This document shows positions 1 through 9,395 of a DNA stretch of 64,000 nt, in pieces. How positions within the stretch are numbered: position 1 is the stretch's first letter; every line of letters begins with the position of its first letter. The position numbers and the translations under genes were made by a program. Source of the stretch: an uncultured Fusibacter sp. (GTDB lineage: Bacteria; Bacillota; Clostridia; Peptostreptococcales; Acidaminobacteraceae); contig OY781056.1 of assembly GCA_963676315.1 (NCBI GenBank), positions 754,779-818,778 on the forward strand, read 5' to 3'. A model generated the notes under the pieces. That model saw only the letters and a program-made list of their open reading frames with translations, was not told where the DNA came from and did not search any database.

Positions 1-290
1 TGTTTAAGACCAACCTCTGTCGATAACCTGAGTTGCATTGCAAGTCCCATGCTTAAAATCATCGCTACTATGATAGATAAATAACTATCTCCCATTCTAA
101 ATTTTCCAAGTATAAAATAAGTCAAATAGTTTAACACAGCTTTTAAGGCACCTAAAAGTAAGATATTAGGTACAAAAATGCCACTTCTAAATGCTAGTAG
201 CGCAAATAATGAAAGGTCAATAAGCGCTACGAAATGCATAGGCGTAATAGGGTTCGGTTGTTTTTCTTTTTCAATCAAATAACTATTCAT
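1..290 (-). CDS. FtsW/RodA/SpoVE family protein, 5' part (runs off the left edge)
   Basis: Manual translation from ATG at 290: MNSYLIEKEK...MGDSYLSIIVAMILSMGLAMQLRLSTEVGLK, the hydrophobic N-terminus typical of FtsW-family genes that follow FHA genes. Overlaps the FHA stop by 8 nt. Not in the ORF track. Confidence 0.7.
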   Translation of the reverse strand, partial: MNSYLIEKEKQPNPITPMHFVALIDLSLFALLAFRSGIFVPNILLLGALKAVLNYLTYFILGKFRMGDSYLSIIVAMILSMGLAMQLRLSTEVGLK

Positions 291-747
291 GTAATTTCCC
301 ACCTTCAGAAAATACAAGTTTTGTGATGCCAAGCGATATTTCATCGCCCTCTTTGAGTAGAACAGGACTAGAAAGTCTCGTTCCATTTACATAGGTGCCA
401 TTGGCACTCCCTAGATCTAAAATGGTAAACCCTTGGCTCGTTTTATCAAGTTGTACATGCTGTGAGGAAATATGAGGATCTGAAATCGCTATCTCACATT
501 CCAAAGACCTGCCAATTATAATCCTTGAATTATTTAGAGGATAAATTTCAGTGATTGCATTTTCTCCTTTTTGTTCAATAGATGAAAGTAAATTTAAATG
601 TGGGTTGGTGACCTTAGTCTCTTCCCAAACTGTCATCTTCTTTATATCCACATAAATCAATTTTGCAATTTTTAAGATAAAAACGTAGATAATAAATGTT
701 AATATATATTTCGTTGCCATTGCAATTAATTCGTACATAAAAACCAC
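283..747 (-). CDS. FHA domain protein with N-terminal membrane anchor
   Basis: IIGR...ISSQH...DLGSANGTYVNG FHA motifs after a hydrophobic N-terminus. Confidence 0.9.
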   Translation of the reverse strand: MVFMYELIAMATKYILTFIIYVFILKIAKLIYVDIKKMTVWEETKVTNPHLNLLSSIEQKGENAITEIYPLNNSRIIIGRSLECEIAISDPHISSQHVQLDKTSQGFTILDLGSANGTYVNGTRLSSPVLLKEGDEISLGITKLVFSEGGKLHE

Positions 748-929
748 CTCAAAATAGATTGATAATTACAATTTGTTGCTAATTTTGATTATATCATAAG
801 TTTCTTAAAAAGATGATATAGCTAGATTTAAACTTAATTTAATTAATCACCGCGGAAACCATATAGATATAAAATAACCTCGTAAAAGTTAGATATGTCA
901 TCTGACTATCACGAGGTATATACTTGAAT

Positions 930-2180
930 TTAACTAAACTTGTTATATAGTAACTCCGCCACGATACTTGGGTCATTCCATTTTTCAATTTTATTTGCAA
1001 AATCAATGGCTTTCTTTTTTGCATCTTCATCTGCCAATAGTTGTTCAATTGCTACTTGTACTTTTTCTCCAACATCTTTCGACTTTGGTAGTCTAATTGC
1101 AAATCCTTCTCGAACAAGACATGAAATGTTAGCACGTTGTTCTGGCTGCATACCAATCCCAACAACAGGTCTCCCAGAATAGGCTGCATTCATTACCGTA
1201 CCAACTCCGCCATGGATCACAGCTATATCAGCCATCTTATTTATTTCAAGTGCAGGCAACCAATCTGTAACATATACATTTGAAGGAATCTTTATATTTG
1301 GATTTTTTGCAATTAAAGATTTAACAGGTGCTATAACTCTATAAGGTTTTCCTTCAAAACTCTCAATAATTTTTGATACTATTTCTGGTATACCAGAGCT
1401 CCCCATTGCAAAGAATACAATTGGCTTATCAAAAGGAATATTTTTCACCTCATCAGGAATAGGAAAATCTTCTCTTGCAAAAAGTGGACCTATAAAGTAG
1501 TAATCCTCTGGTAACTTAGCTCCTGAAAATTCAGGTGGTTCTGCAACCAAGGTTACTTTACCTTCAAAAAAAGAGAATATTGGTTTATAACTTTTTAGCT
1601 TGAAATATTTTGCTGCCTGGTTAACAGGATGAATAAAGCCATACCACATCCAAAATTTGATAAAGGAAAATATAAAGAAATCCGCTATTTCCTTAATCAA
1701 CTTAGATTTCAATTCATCAGTAATCCCCGCCCCTTTTGAAAAAAAATCTTTGAACCAAGTTGATTGTACAGCCCACACTAGTGGAATATCTAGTACTTTG
1801 CATGAAACTGGCATACTTAAATATGAACCAGTAATGACTGCTACTGGTTTAATTTGTTTCAGATACTTTATATCAGTATTCACCTTTTGAATCATTTCTT
1901 TTTTAGTGTATATAGGTGCAAATTTTTCTTCATCATTCACCGCATAGATATGTTCAATTTTTTCATCAGTCAGACTTGGGTCTACCGTTATATAATTAAA
2001 GTTATTTTTTCGAATCAATTCTTCAAACTTACCCCCTTCAGAGATAAATTGAATATCAAAAACCTCATTTGCCTTGGGATGATTCCTAATTGCCTTAGCA
2101 ATTTCGGTCATGCGACTGGTTTCTGCAAAATTATAAGCTGCAGGTGCAAATAATAGTACCTTTTTTGTCATGTCATTCAC
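930..2180 (-). CDS. GT-B glycosyltransferase, family 1 (MGT/UDP-glycosyltransferase-like)
   Basis: C-terminal nucleotide-sugar motif WLPALEINKMADIAVIHGGVGT...GMQPEQRAN. Confidence 0.85.
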   Translation of the reverse strand: MNDMTKKVLLFAPAAYNFAETSRMTEIAKAIRNHPKANEVFDIQFISEGGKFEELIRKNNFNYITVDPSLTDEKIEHIYAVNDEEKFAPIYTKKEMIQKVNTDIKYLKQIKPVAVITGSYLSMPVSCKVLDIPLVWAVQSTWFKDFFSKGAGITDELKSKLIKEIADFFIFSFIKFWMWYGFIHPVNQAAKYFKLKSYKPIFSFFEGKVTLVAEPPEFSGAKLPEDYYFIGPLFAREDFPIPDEVKNIPFDKPIVFFAMGSSGIPEIVSKIIESFEGKPYRVIAPVKSLIAKNPNIKIPSNVYVTDWLPALEINKMADIAVIHGGVGTVMNAAYSGRPVVGIGMQPEQRANISCLVREGFAIRLPKSKDVGEKVQVAIEQLLADEDAKKKAIDFANKIEKWNDPSIVAELLYNKFS

Positions 2181-2201
2181 TCCTTATCATTTTAATAAAT
2201 T

Positions 2202-2813
2202 CTAGTGATGAACCAAAATAAATTTGATCTGTGACTTTAATTTTGTTGTAATCTGAGAAAATTCCATTTCATCAGAGAACATATACCCCATCAGTTGAAA
2301 AGTTACAGCACTATAAATTAACTCTACAGCTTCTTCTACTTTAAAATCACTTTCCAGCAATTTCTTCTCTTGAAGACTTTCTAAAAGGCGTTTGATCCCA
2401 TCCATAAAATCATATTCAACTTTAATGATGCGTTCAATCATCTGATTATTCGACTTCATAGAACTAAAATAAACAGAAATTACTTCTCGCCATACTTTTT
2501 TACTAAAAACATCTATTTTAATGAGTAACTCAATTATATAGTCAAACACTAAATCCTCAATATGCTTATCAAAGTCTTGATTTACAACAAAAGCATTATC
2601 ATTTATTGCAAAAATTTGATCAGACATTATTAACAAAAATAGTTCATCCTTTGAAGTAAAATAGTTATATGCAGTGCCAAGTCCTACTTCAGCACGAGTT
2701 GCAATCTGTTCCATTGTGGCTTGTTCATAGCCATTTTCTAAAAATACTTCCTTTGATGCTATAAGAATCTTTTCTTTTAAAACTTTCTTTTTTTCTTCTC
2801 TTTTACCAGCCAT
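2202..2813 (-). CDS. TetR/AcrR family regulator
   Basis: N-terminal HTH ATMEQIATRAEVGLGTAYNYFTSKDEL. Confidence 0.92.
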   Translation of the reverse strand: MAGKREEKKKVLKEKILIASKEVFLENGYEQATMEQIATRAEVGLGTAYNYFTSKDELFLLIMSDQIFAINDNAFVVNQDFDKHIEDLVFDYIIELLIKIDVFSKKVWREVISVYFSSMKSNNQMIERIIKVEYDFMDGIKRLLESLQEKKLLESDFKVEEAVELIYSAVTFQLMGYMFSDEMEFSQITTKLKSQIKFILVHH

Positions 2814-2830
2814 TACACACCTCTTTATTT

Positions 2831-2885
2831 ATGAATTCATTCGTGAATATATTCATATATTACAATGATATTCTTTCATTGTCAA
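2831..2885 (-). promoter_or_regulatory. Sigma-70-type promoter with probable TetR operators
   Basis: TTGACA (2880-2885), 17-nt spacer, TAATAT (2857-2862). Palindromes TGAATATATTCA (2844-2855) and ATGAATTCAT (2831-2840), plus ACAATGA-N7-TCATTGT (2862-2882). Confidence 0.6.
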
Positions 2886-2927
2886 ACTTAATTAATATTG
2901 CTTTCATTATTTTAACGGTGTTTTGAC

Positions 2928-2973
2928 AAAAAAAAATCAAGCTTTAACACTTTAACTTTGTTAAAACTTGATT
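2928..2973 (-). terminator. Intrinsic terminator after the MFS gene
   Basis: 15-bp stem AATCAAGTTTTAACA/TGTTAAAGCTTGATT followed by a T-run on the minus strand. Confidence 0.75.
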
Positions 2974-2999
2974 TAAAAATGAAATATTTAATGTTACCT

Positions 3000-4271
3000 C
3001 TACACGTGGACTTTCTCTTTATCATTCATAAACAATACTGAGATAAAACTTAGAATTGCTGATACAAGCACCAAAATCATGGCTATTTTAAATACTTCTT
3101 CACCACTATAAGCTGACGATTTTAAACTTTTAATGAGATACCCCATGGTCATAGAAATGATGCCACTACCGACAAATTCTCCTATATTCACAACTGAGAT
3201 TGCAATACCAGTATATTTTAGAGGGTTTATGTTTTTTACATTTGAAAAGACAAGTATATGGCAAATAATCATAATTCCCATTAAAAAGAATATGATTGGC
3301 CATTGATTGACTGGCGGTTGTCCTTTAAAAGCTACTAAGATATAAACCCACAGTAAAACATAACCAGCGCTTGCGAAAATCATAATTTTCTTTATTTCGC
3401 CCCCAAGTAAATCTGAAACTTTTCCAACGATTGGTGCACCTATGATAAATCCATAGGTGATAAACGAAAGATAGTAGGCTGCTTTTTCACCAGTCATATG
3501 ATATACCGTTTTAAGATACCCATTGCCCCATAACCCCAGTACTGCAGTTAAAGAACCTACAAAGAATACCATTATAAAGAAGTTAGGATAATTCATTTTG
3601 TTGGTCAAAACAAATTTCACGCCTTCTTTGATTTTTATTTTACCTTCATGCGTTTCTTGTGGTGCTTCTTTCACAAATAGAAAAATTGCAAAAGATAAAG
3701 CAACTGTGATCACACCAAGGATCACAAAGGTATCACGCCATCCATAATTAAGCGCTATAAAAGTTAAGGGGATGGTAGCAAAAAAAGCACCGAAGTTTCC
3801 AAAAAGAGAAGTTAACCCTGATAATGTCGAATACATATTTTTCGGAAATAGTGTAGCTTGTAGCTTCATTATAGATACGATGATGACAGACGTACCTAAA
3901 CCCACCAACAATCTTGCAAAATAAGTTAAATAGATTAGGTGTGAAAATCCAAAGAGTAATGACCCGAGTGCGGTCACTGCCATACCCGCAGTACAAATTT
4001 TCCTAACGCCAATAGTGTCGACCATGATGCCAACAGGTAATTGCATCAGTGCATACCCATAAAACGTCATTGCGGCTAGATTAGCGATCTGTACACTGTC
4101 TAGTTTTAAATCATTCATCAACTGATCTGCAACTGAACCAATTGCCAATCTATGGAAAAACACAATTACAAAACCAAAGACCAATATTCCCCATGAAACC
4201 CAACGATTTGTTTTTGTCATATTTACTCCTAATGTTTTTATACACGAAATATGTTTCATTTTATTATACAT
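3000..4271 (-). CDS. MFS transporter
   Basis: About 12 hydrophobic segments; MFS loop motif GIMVDTIGVRK. Confidence 0.9.
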   Translation of the reverse strand: MYNKMKHISCIKTLGVNMTKTNRWVSWGILVFGFVIVFFHRLAIGSVADQLMNDLKLDSVQIANLAAMTFYGYALMQLPVGIMVDTIGVRKICTAGMAVTALGSLLFGFSHLIYLTYFARLLVGLGTSVIIVSIMKLQATLFPKNMYSTLSGLTSLFGNFGAFFATIPLTFIALNYGWRDTFVILGVITVALSFAIFLFVKEAPQETHEGKIKIKEGVKFVLTNKMNYPNFFIMVFFVGSLTAVLGLWGNGYLKTVYHMTGEKAAYYLSFITYGFIIGAPIVGKVSDLLGGEIKKIMIFASAGYVLLWVYILVAFKGQPPVNQWPIIFFLMGIMIICHILVFSNVKNINPLKYTGIAISVVNIGEFVGSGIISMTMGYLIKSLKSSAYSGEEVFKIAMILVLVSAILSFISVLFMNDKEKVHV

Positions 4272-4311
4272 GAAATCACTTAAATCTTAATTATAAAATT
4301 CTAATTAAATC

Positions 4312-4357
4312 AAAAAAAAACAAGCTTCAACAGAATAACATTTGTCAAAACTTGATT
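4312..4357 (-). terminator. Intrinsic terminator (same sequence family as 2928-2973)
   Basis: CAAGCTTCAACA...TGTCAAAACTTG stem plus T-run on the minus strand. Confidence 0.65.
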
Positions 4358-4442
4358 TAAACTTAAAGTGTGTTTAATCTACTCGGTTATTTGCAGTAAC
4401 ATCAACCTACTTTTAACATACAAAAGTATTTTTTGGGTATGA

Positions 4443-4742
4443 TCATACATCAAACGAACTGGCTAGTAATAGCTCTTTTGCACTCTCTTTGTTCATAATA
4501 GGGAAGCCAGGAACTAGATCAAAATTGCCATTTTTCTTAAAAAGGACAAAGTATCCCATTTTGTTATGATATTTAAACTTGAATTCATTTTCATCCGAAA
4601 ATCTTCCAAAATCAAATTTACTTTCATTAAAAGTCTCAACTAGCTCTTTTTTAAACGTTTCAAGAATAAATTTCTCCTTAAAGTTCATCTCATATTTGAC
4701 CATATTGATGCCTTTGTACATGACTGTATTTGCTTTCATCAT
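4443..4742 (-). CDS. Hypothetical protein
   Basis: 99-aa ORF with an RBS-like GGAGG upstream; no recognised motif. Confidence 0.55.
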   Translation of the reverse strand: MMKANTVMYKGINMVKYEMNFKEKFILETFKKELVETFNESKFDFGRFSDENEFKFKYHNKMGYFVLFKKNGNFDLVPGFPIMNKESAKELLLASSFDV

Positions 4743-4823
4743 TACCTCCCTTTTGTTTGATTATACTTCTTTATATATAAAGAGTACATGACGATTATTG
4801 CTCAATCCATTTTACACATCTAT

Positions 4824-6059
4824 TTATTTATCAAAATAACTAGTTTGAGCCATCCACGAAATATAATCAGCAGATAATTCTTCCAGACTTATTCCCAGAA
4901 CATCAAAAATTACATTGCTTGTCGTTCTTATATTCTGAGATTTAAAATCATTATTCATATAACTATTGTTGAAGGGTTGCTCCCCTGCTTTTCTTAAAAT
5001 TTCCTCAATTTTCTCCTCACCATATTTTTCAATAATATACACCACATAAGCGTATCCTGTATTATACCAATCCCATATAATTTCTTTAGTTTTTGGGGCA
5101 TAAAGGTCAGTACTGTCAAGTTCGGCTATAGTCATCGTCATTCGTTCTGGCACTAAATTCGATAAATTATTAGAAAAAGATTTGTCAAACTTTGCGTTTC
5201 CATAATAAACTGCCAAACCTTCTAAAAACCAATTTGCAAGATTATTATTACACATCTTAAGCGTGATATGATGGACTAATTCATGTTGTATAATGCCATT
5301 ATAACTTTCAAGCTTGGGTAGACCTGTGAAAAGCTTTAATGATTCGTTAGGTTCTCCCCAGCCAGTAAATAATCCACCTATTGACGGAATCGTCCTTTGA
5401 CGTAATAGTTCTCTATCATTAAACAATTTGATTTGAAAGTTAGGGTCTGGTACTTCGTCAAATACACCCTCTAAGTAATCGTAAGCGTCATCAATCATCT
5501 CTATAAAAGCGTCAACTCTGGTTTCACCCATCATATATTTTAAGGTATATCTATCCCGAGAAATACTCTCAAAATCGTAACCACAATCCTTCCACCCATA
5601 TTTTTCTAGTTTAAACAAAAGTGGGTATTCAAAATCAAAGGCATCATTGTAAAAATGATGTTGCTTAATAATTGCAACAAGCGTTTTATCATCCTTTAGT
5701 TCAATTGATTTAACTTTTAAAGATAAATTTGCCATCCCGTCTTTTGTCATTTCCATAAACCAGCGTCTTTGTTCGTTTGGGTAATACGGATCTTCCTTAG
5801 ACACAGTCCTCATATATAGTTCATCATTTTTTGTTGTGATTGCCAAAACTTTTTGTGCCATAATAGCGTTGATTTTCATCATCAGTGTATCTTTATTCTC
5901 TAATTCAGTAGTTTCCGTACCCTTAAATTCTATTGTGGTATTCTCTATTTGGGTAGTTTCGTCATTTTCTGACGATTGACATCCTATGGTCACTAAAGCA
6001 CTGAAAAATACTGTAACTACCATCAAAGTAATTTTGTGCTTTTTCTTTAACTTGTTCAC
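4824..6059 (-). CDS. Lipoprotein, zinc metallopeptidase (peptidase MA/gluzincin-like)
   Basis: Lipobox-like LVTIGC; HELVH (HExxH) followed by WFLEGLA. Confidence 0.8.
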   Translation of the reverse strand: MNKLKKKHKITLMVVTVFFSALVTIGCQSSENDETTQIENTTIEFKGTETTELENKDTLMMKINAIMAQKVLAITTKNDELYMRTVSKEDPYYPNEQRRWFMEMTKDGMANLSLKVKSIELKDDKTLVAIIKQHHFYNDAFDFEYPLLFKLEKYGWKDCGYDFESISRDRYTLKYMMGETRVDAFIEMIDDAYDYLEGVFDEVPDPNFQIKLFNDRELLRQRTIPSIGGLFTGWGEPNESLKLFTGLPKLESYNGIIQHELVHHITLKMCNNNLANWFLEGLAVYYGNAKFDKSFSNNLSNLVPERMTMTIAELDSTDLYAPKTKEIIWDWYNTGYAYVVYIIEKYGEEKIEEILRKAGEQPFNNSYMNNDFKSQNIRTTSNVIFDVLGISLEELSADYISWMAQTSYFDK

Positions 6060-6081
6060 TTCTGCCCCCTTGTCTCGATGA

Positions 6082-7071
6082 CTAATAGCTTGTCTTTCTG
6101 TTCATTGTTCTTTTCATTATTGGTTTGATTTTAGCGAAGGACGCCATGAAGGAAACGCTACAAATGAACCTTCCGAAGTAGTCGTCATTTTTTTTGACCT
6201 GTGACCCGTCTGAATTCATTACACATACTTCTGAAATTTCACTTCCATTATAACTGGATATAAAAACAATTTGAGTGCCATCACTAGACCATCTTGCACT
6301 TGAATCCAAATAATCGTTTTGCGTCAATAAATCTACTTCGCCATTGCTAACTTTTAACTTACATATTTCAAAACTACTTATATCGGCTTTTCCTTCATTA
6401 GTATCATATCTTTCAAATAAAAGAAACTTACTGTCTGGTGACCAAAAGGGAAATGTTTCATTACTTTCTGATTCAAGAACTTGAATACGATTTGTTCCAT
6501 CGCTGTTACATGTATATAAATCTTCATTGCCATCAGTGAAATCGCTAAAAACAATACTATTCCCATCAGGTGACCAGCTCCCAGCATAACCATCAGTGAT
6601 TTTTATCTGATCACTACCGTCTCGATTCATGCTCCAAATTTCATTTCTATCATTTTCCAACAAATACTGTCTCGTAAATATTATCTTTTCACCATTGCTA
6701 TCCCAATGTGGAAACATATCATAAACATCATTTTTATCAGTTAACCGTATTAACTCTTCAGAAGTAGTATCGTAAGTATAAATTGAAATCATCATAGGAG
6801 TATGCCATCCCCAAATTGCCATTACCCTACCATCTGGTGCCCAATCCGGTTGATTGAAACCAATATTGGAAGCCTTTAAAAGCATTTGTTCCTCCGTATC
6901 CTTGGCATCGCTATTTACTTGGTAGATATTAAACATATGATATTTGGCGTCCTTTGGAACAAAACAATAAGTCAAATATGGATCGCTTTCCATTATCGGT
7001 GTGTTGGTCTTGCAAGCTGTCAATAAAGCAAATATCAAGCATATAACAATAAAAAACTCTATCTTTTTCAT
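6082..7071 (-). CDS. TolB-like/PD40 beta-propeller lipoprotein; last repeat frameshifted at an A8 run
   Basis: Lipobox LLTAC; repeats PDWAPDG, PHWDSNG, GSWSPDG, PFWSPDS, ARWSSDG. The final FPSWRP repeat is in another frame after the homopolymer at 6188-6195. Confidence 0.85.
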   Translation of the reverse strand: MKKIEFFIVICLIFALLTACKTNTPIMESDPYLTYCFVPKDAKYHMFNIYQVNSDAKDTEEQMLLKASNIGFNQPDWAPDGRVMAIWGWHTPMMISIYTYDTTSEELIRLTDKNDVYDMFPHWDSNGEKIIFTRQYLLENDRNEIWSMNRDGSDQIKITDGYAGSWSPDGNSIVFSDFTDGNEDLYTCNSDGTNRIQVLESESNETFPFWSPDSKFLLFERYDTNEGKADISSFEICKLKVSNGEVDLLTQNDYLDSSARWSSDGTQIVFISSYNGSEISEVCVMNSDGSQVKKNDDYFGRFICSVSFMASFAKIKPIMKRTMNRKTSY

Positions 7072-7205
7072 AAAATTCTCCTTATTAAATAGTGAATATT
7101 ATTCATGACATCACCAGTATCTCTGTTAATTATAATAATAGCAGATATTTGAAATTAAGTCTACACATGTAGACGTAATTAAGTTAGAATTTAAACTGTT
7201 TCTAT

Positions 7206-7248
7206 AAAAAAATCAAGCCCCAACAAAATACTTTGTCTGAGCTTGATT
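7206..7248 (-). terminator. Intrinsic terminator after the Mrp-type operon
   Basis: AATCAAGC...GCTTGATT stem plus T-run; same family as 2928-2973. Confidence 0.7.
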
Positions 7249-7294
7249 CATAATTTACACTATTTAGGATTTCACGTTTTAGGATTATTGATCA

Positions 7295-9385
7295 CTATCT
7301 AGTCAAAAAAACAAATAAGAAGCTAAATACTAAAACGATCTCTATCAGAAATATAGAAGCTGTCACTGTTGAAGCTTTTGCAAAGATATCAGAAAGTGAT
7401 TGCTTCTTTTTCTCAACTTCGTCTGAAGCTCGAGTCACATGTTCATTTTTATCAGTCTTTATTATATCAGTCTTTCTTTTATCCAACATTAAATGTGAGA
7501 CAATATCAGACATTTTATTTTGATCTTCATTAATCCCCATGGCGATCATCCTATTTTTAAGTGATCTTTCACCAAGATTTTGCCATTCAATTTTTGGGAT
7601 GATAACACTCTCCATTCCATTAATCCATTTCATCAACCTACTCGTATAATCGACAGCATGTATTAATATATTATCCAGCGCTTTAAATATGACCGTCATT
7701 GCTTTATAGATTCCTGATAGTATCGGGCCAAATACATTTTTTTCAAGACTAATCCAATCACGTGATGGATTGACATATACTTCGCCTTCTGACGTCTTTG
7801 TGACCAATAGCTTTCTGATGATCACAAAGTAGATTACCATGCCAATGACGATGGAAGTTAACGAATAACCAATAGCTGCAGGTGTAAAATAATTAACTTC
7901 AAGTTGAATATTCATGCCTATGCTTTCAGCATAACCCATTAAACGATTCACTATTCCAGATGGAAATACACCTATCCATACAATTAACAGTGCTAGAACG
8001 CTCATCGGAATCAATGCCCTTTTACTGATCTCCGTTTTATATTGTCCATAGAATTTTGGATTCTTTTCAATAAATATGGCATAAAACAATTTAGCCATAT
8101 ATGCAACAGTAAGGCCACCACCTACCATAAAGAGTACTTCTGTCACTTTAAAGATAGGATTATGCGTTAAATGAGATGCCTCTAGTATCGCATCATGCAA
8201 CATCGTTTTTGAGATGTAGCCACTAAACCCTGGAACACCAGTTACACCTAAAGTTCCAATCAAGAAAATTCCTTTTAGAACAGTTTTCTCCCTACCAAAA
8301 CCTTTGATGAAATTTATACTTAGTTCCCCAAGCACCATATAGATAATACCAGCACCAAGGAAAAGCAATGCAATGATGAAAGCGTGATTCATCATATAAA
8401 GAATTGTTGCCGCAAGTGCAAGGCCACCTTCTTCGCCTAATATTCCAACAAGACCCAGCCCCATCAACATAAAGCCCATCTGGCTCAAACTACTAAAAGC
8501 AAGAATACGTTTGATATTTCGCTGCATCATTGCCAAACACCCCCCCAGAAAGATATTGACAATTCCAAGTAAATAAAGTGCCATCGCTATGGGATAATCA
8601 AATGGGAATAGTTCTATAACAATGATGATTAAACCAAAAAGACCTGCTTTAACCAAGATACTACTAAGAATGGCACTTGCTGGAGCAGGTGCAGCTGGAT
8701 AGGCTTTTGGTAACCAGGAATGCAGTGGAAAAACACTCGCTTTTATCATAAAACCAAACATAATCAGTATTGCAGTGATGTATTTGTTACCACCTAAACT
8801 TGATAATTTAGTACCCATTTCTGACAGTTCAAGCGTTCCAGTATAGTCAAAGGCTAAAAATATACCAAAAAGGGTCACCATACCCCCTGCAATCGCCATT
8901 GAAAGATACGTTCTTCCAGCTTCATGACTGTATGCATCCTCATCATGAATAACAAGGAGGTATGAGGTAAATGATAGTCCTTCAAAAAAAGTGAATAGAT
9001 TGAGTAAGTTAGCAGACATGAACATGCCAACAGTAGTTGCATACGTCAACATAACGAAAAGGTAATAGCGATTTCTATTTTTATACTTGATCAGATATTG
9101 AGTGGAATAAATCGTCGTCAGCAACCAAATAAGTGATGTGATAAATAGCAGAGAATATCTTAGGAGATCAACTTTCAGATGAATACCCGTTCCCATGATA
9201 TGGGGCACACTGTATTCAATAGGTCCATCATTAAGCGCTGGAAATAGCATTAACACCAGCAAAAATTCAACTATCGTAAATAATATGTTGAACGCATTTC
9301 TATGTCTTTCACTGCGTCGACCTAAGGAAAAACCAATAAGTGATGCAAGGAAAGGAAGTATTAAAATCGTAAGCATAATATACAT
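7295..9385 (-). CDS. Proton-conducting membrane subunit (MrpA/NuoL/HyfB-like) with C-terminal extension
   Basis: FPLHSWLPKAYPAAPAPASAILS, KRILAFSSLSQMG and YMMNHAF antiporter-like motifs. Confidence 0.88.
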   Translation of the reverse strand: MYIMLTILILPFLASLIGFSLGRRSERHRNAFNILFTIVEFLLVLMLFPALNDGPIEYSVPHIMGTGIHLKVDLLRYSLLFITSLIWLLTTIYSTQYLIKYKNRNRYYLFVMLTYATTVGMFMSANLLNLFTFFEGLSFTSYLLVIHDEDAYSHEAGRTYLSMAIAGGMVTLFGIFLAFDYTGTLELSEMGTKLSSLGGNKYITAILIMFGFMIKASVFPLHSWLPKAYPAAPAPASAILSSILVKAGLFGLIIIVIELFPFDYPIAMALYLLGIVNIFLGGCLAMMQRNIKRILAFSSLSQMGFMLMGLGLVGILGEEGGLALAATILYMMNHAFIIALLFLGAGIIYMVLGELSINFIKGFGREKTVLKGIFLIGTLGVTGVPGFSGYISKTMLHDAILEASHLTHNPIFKVTEVLFMVGGGLTVAYMAKLFYAIFIEKNPKFYGQYKTEISKRALIPMSVLALLIVWIGVFPSGIVNRLMGYAESIGMNIQLEVNYFTPAAIGYSLTSIVIGMVIYFVIIRKLLVTKTSEGEVYVNPSRDWISLEKNVFGPILSGIYKAMTVIFKALDNILIHAVDYTSRLMKWINGMESVIIPKIEWQNLGERSLKNRMIAMGINEDQNKMSDIVSHLMLDKRKTDIIKTDKNEHVTRASDEVEKKKQSLSDIFAKASTVTASIFLIEIVLVFSFLFVFLTR

Positions 9386-9395
9386 CTAAGTCCTC

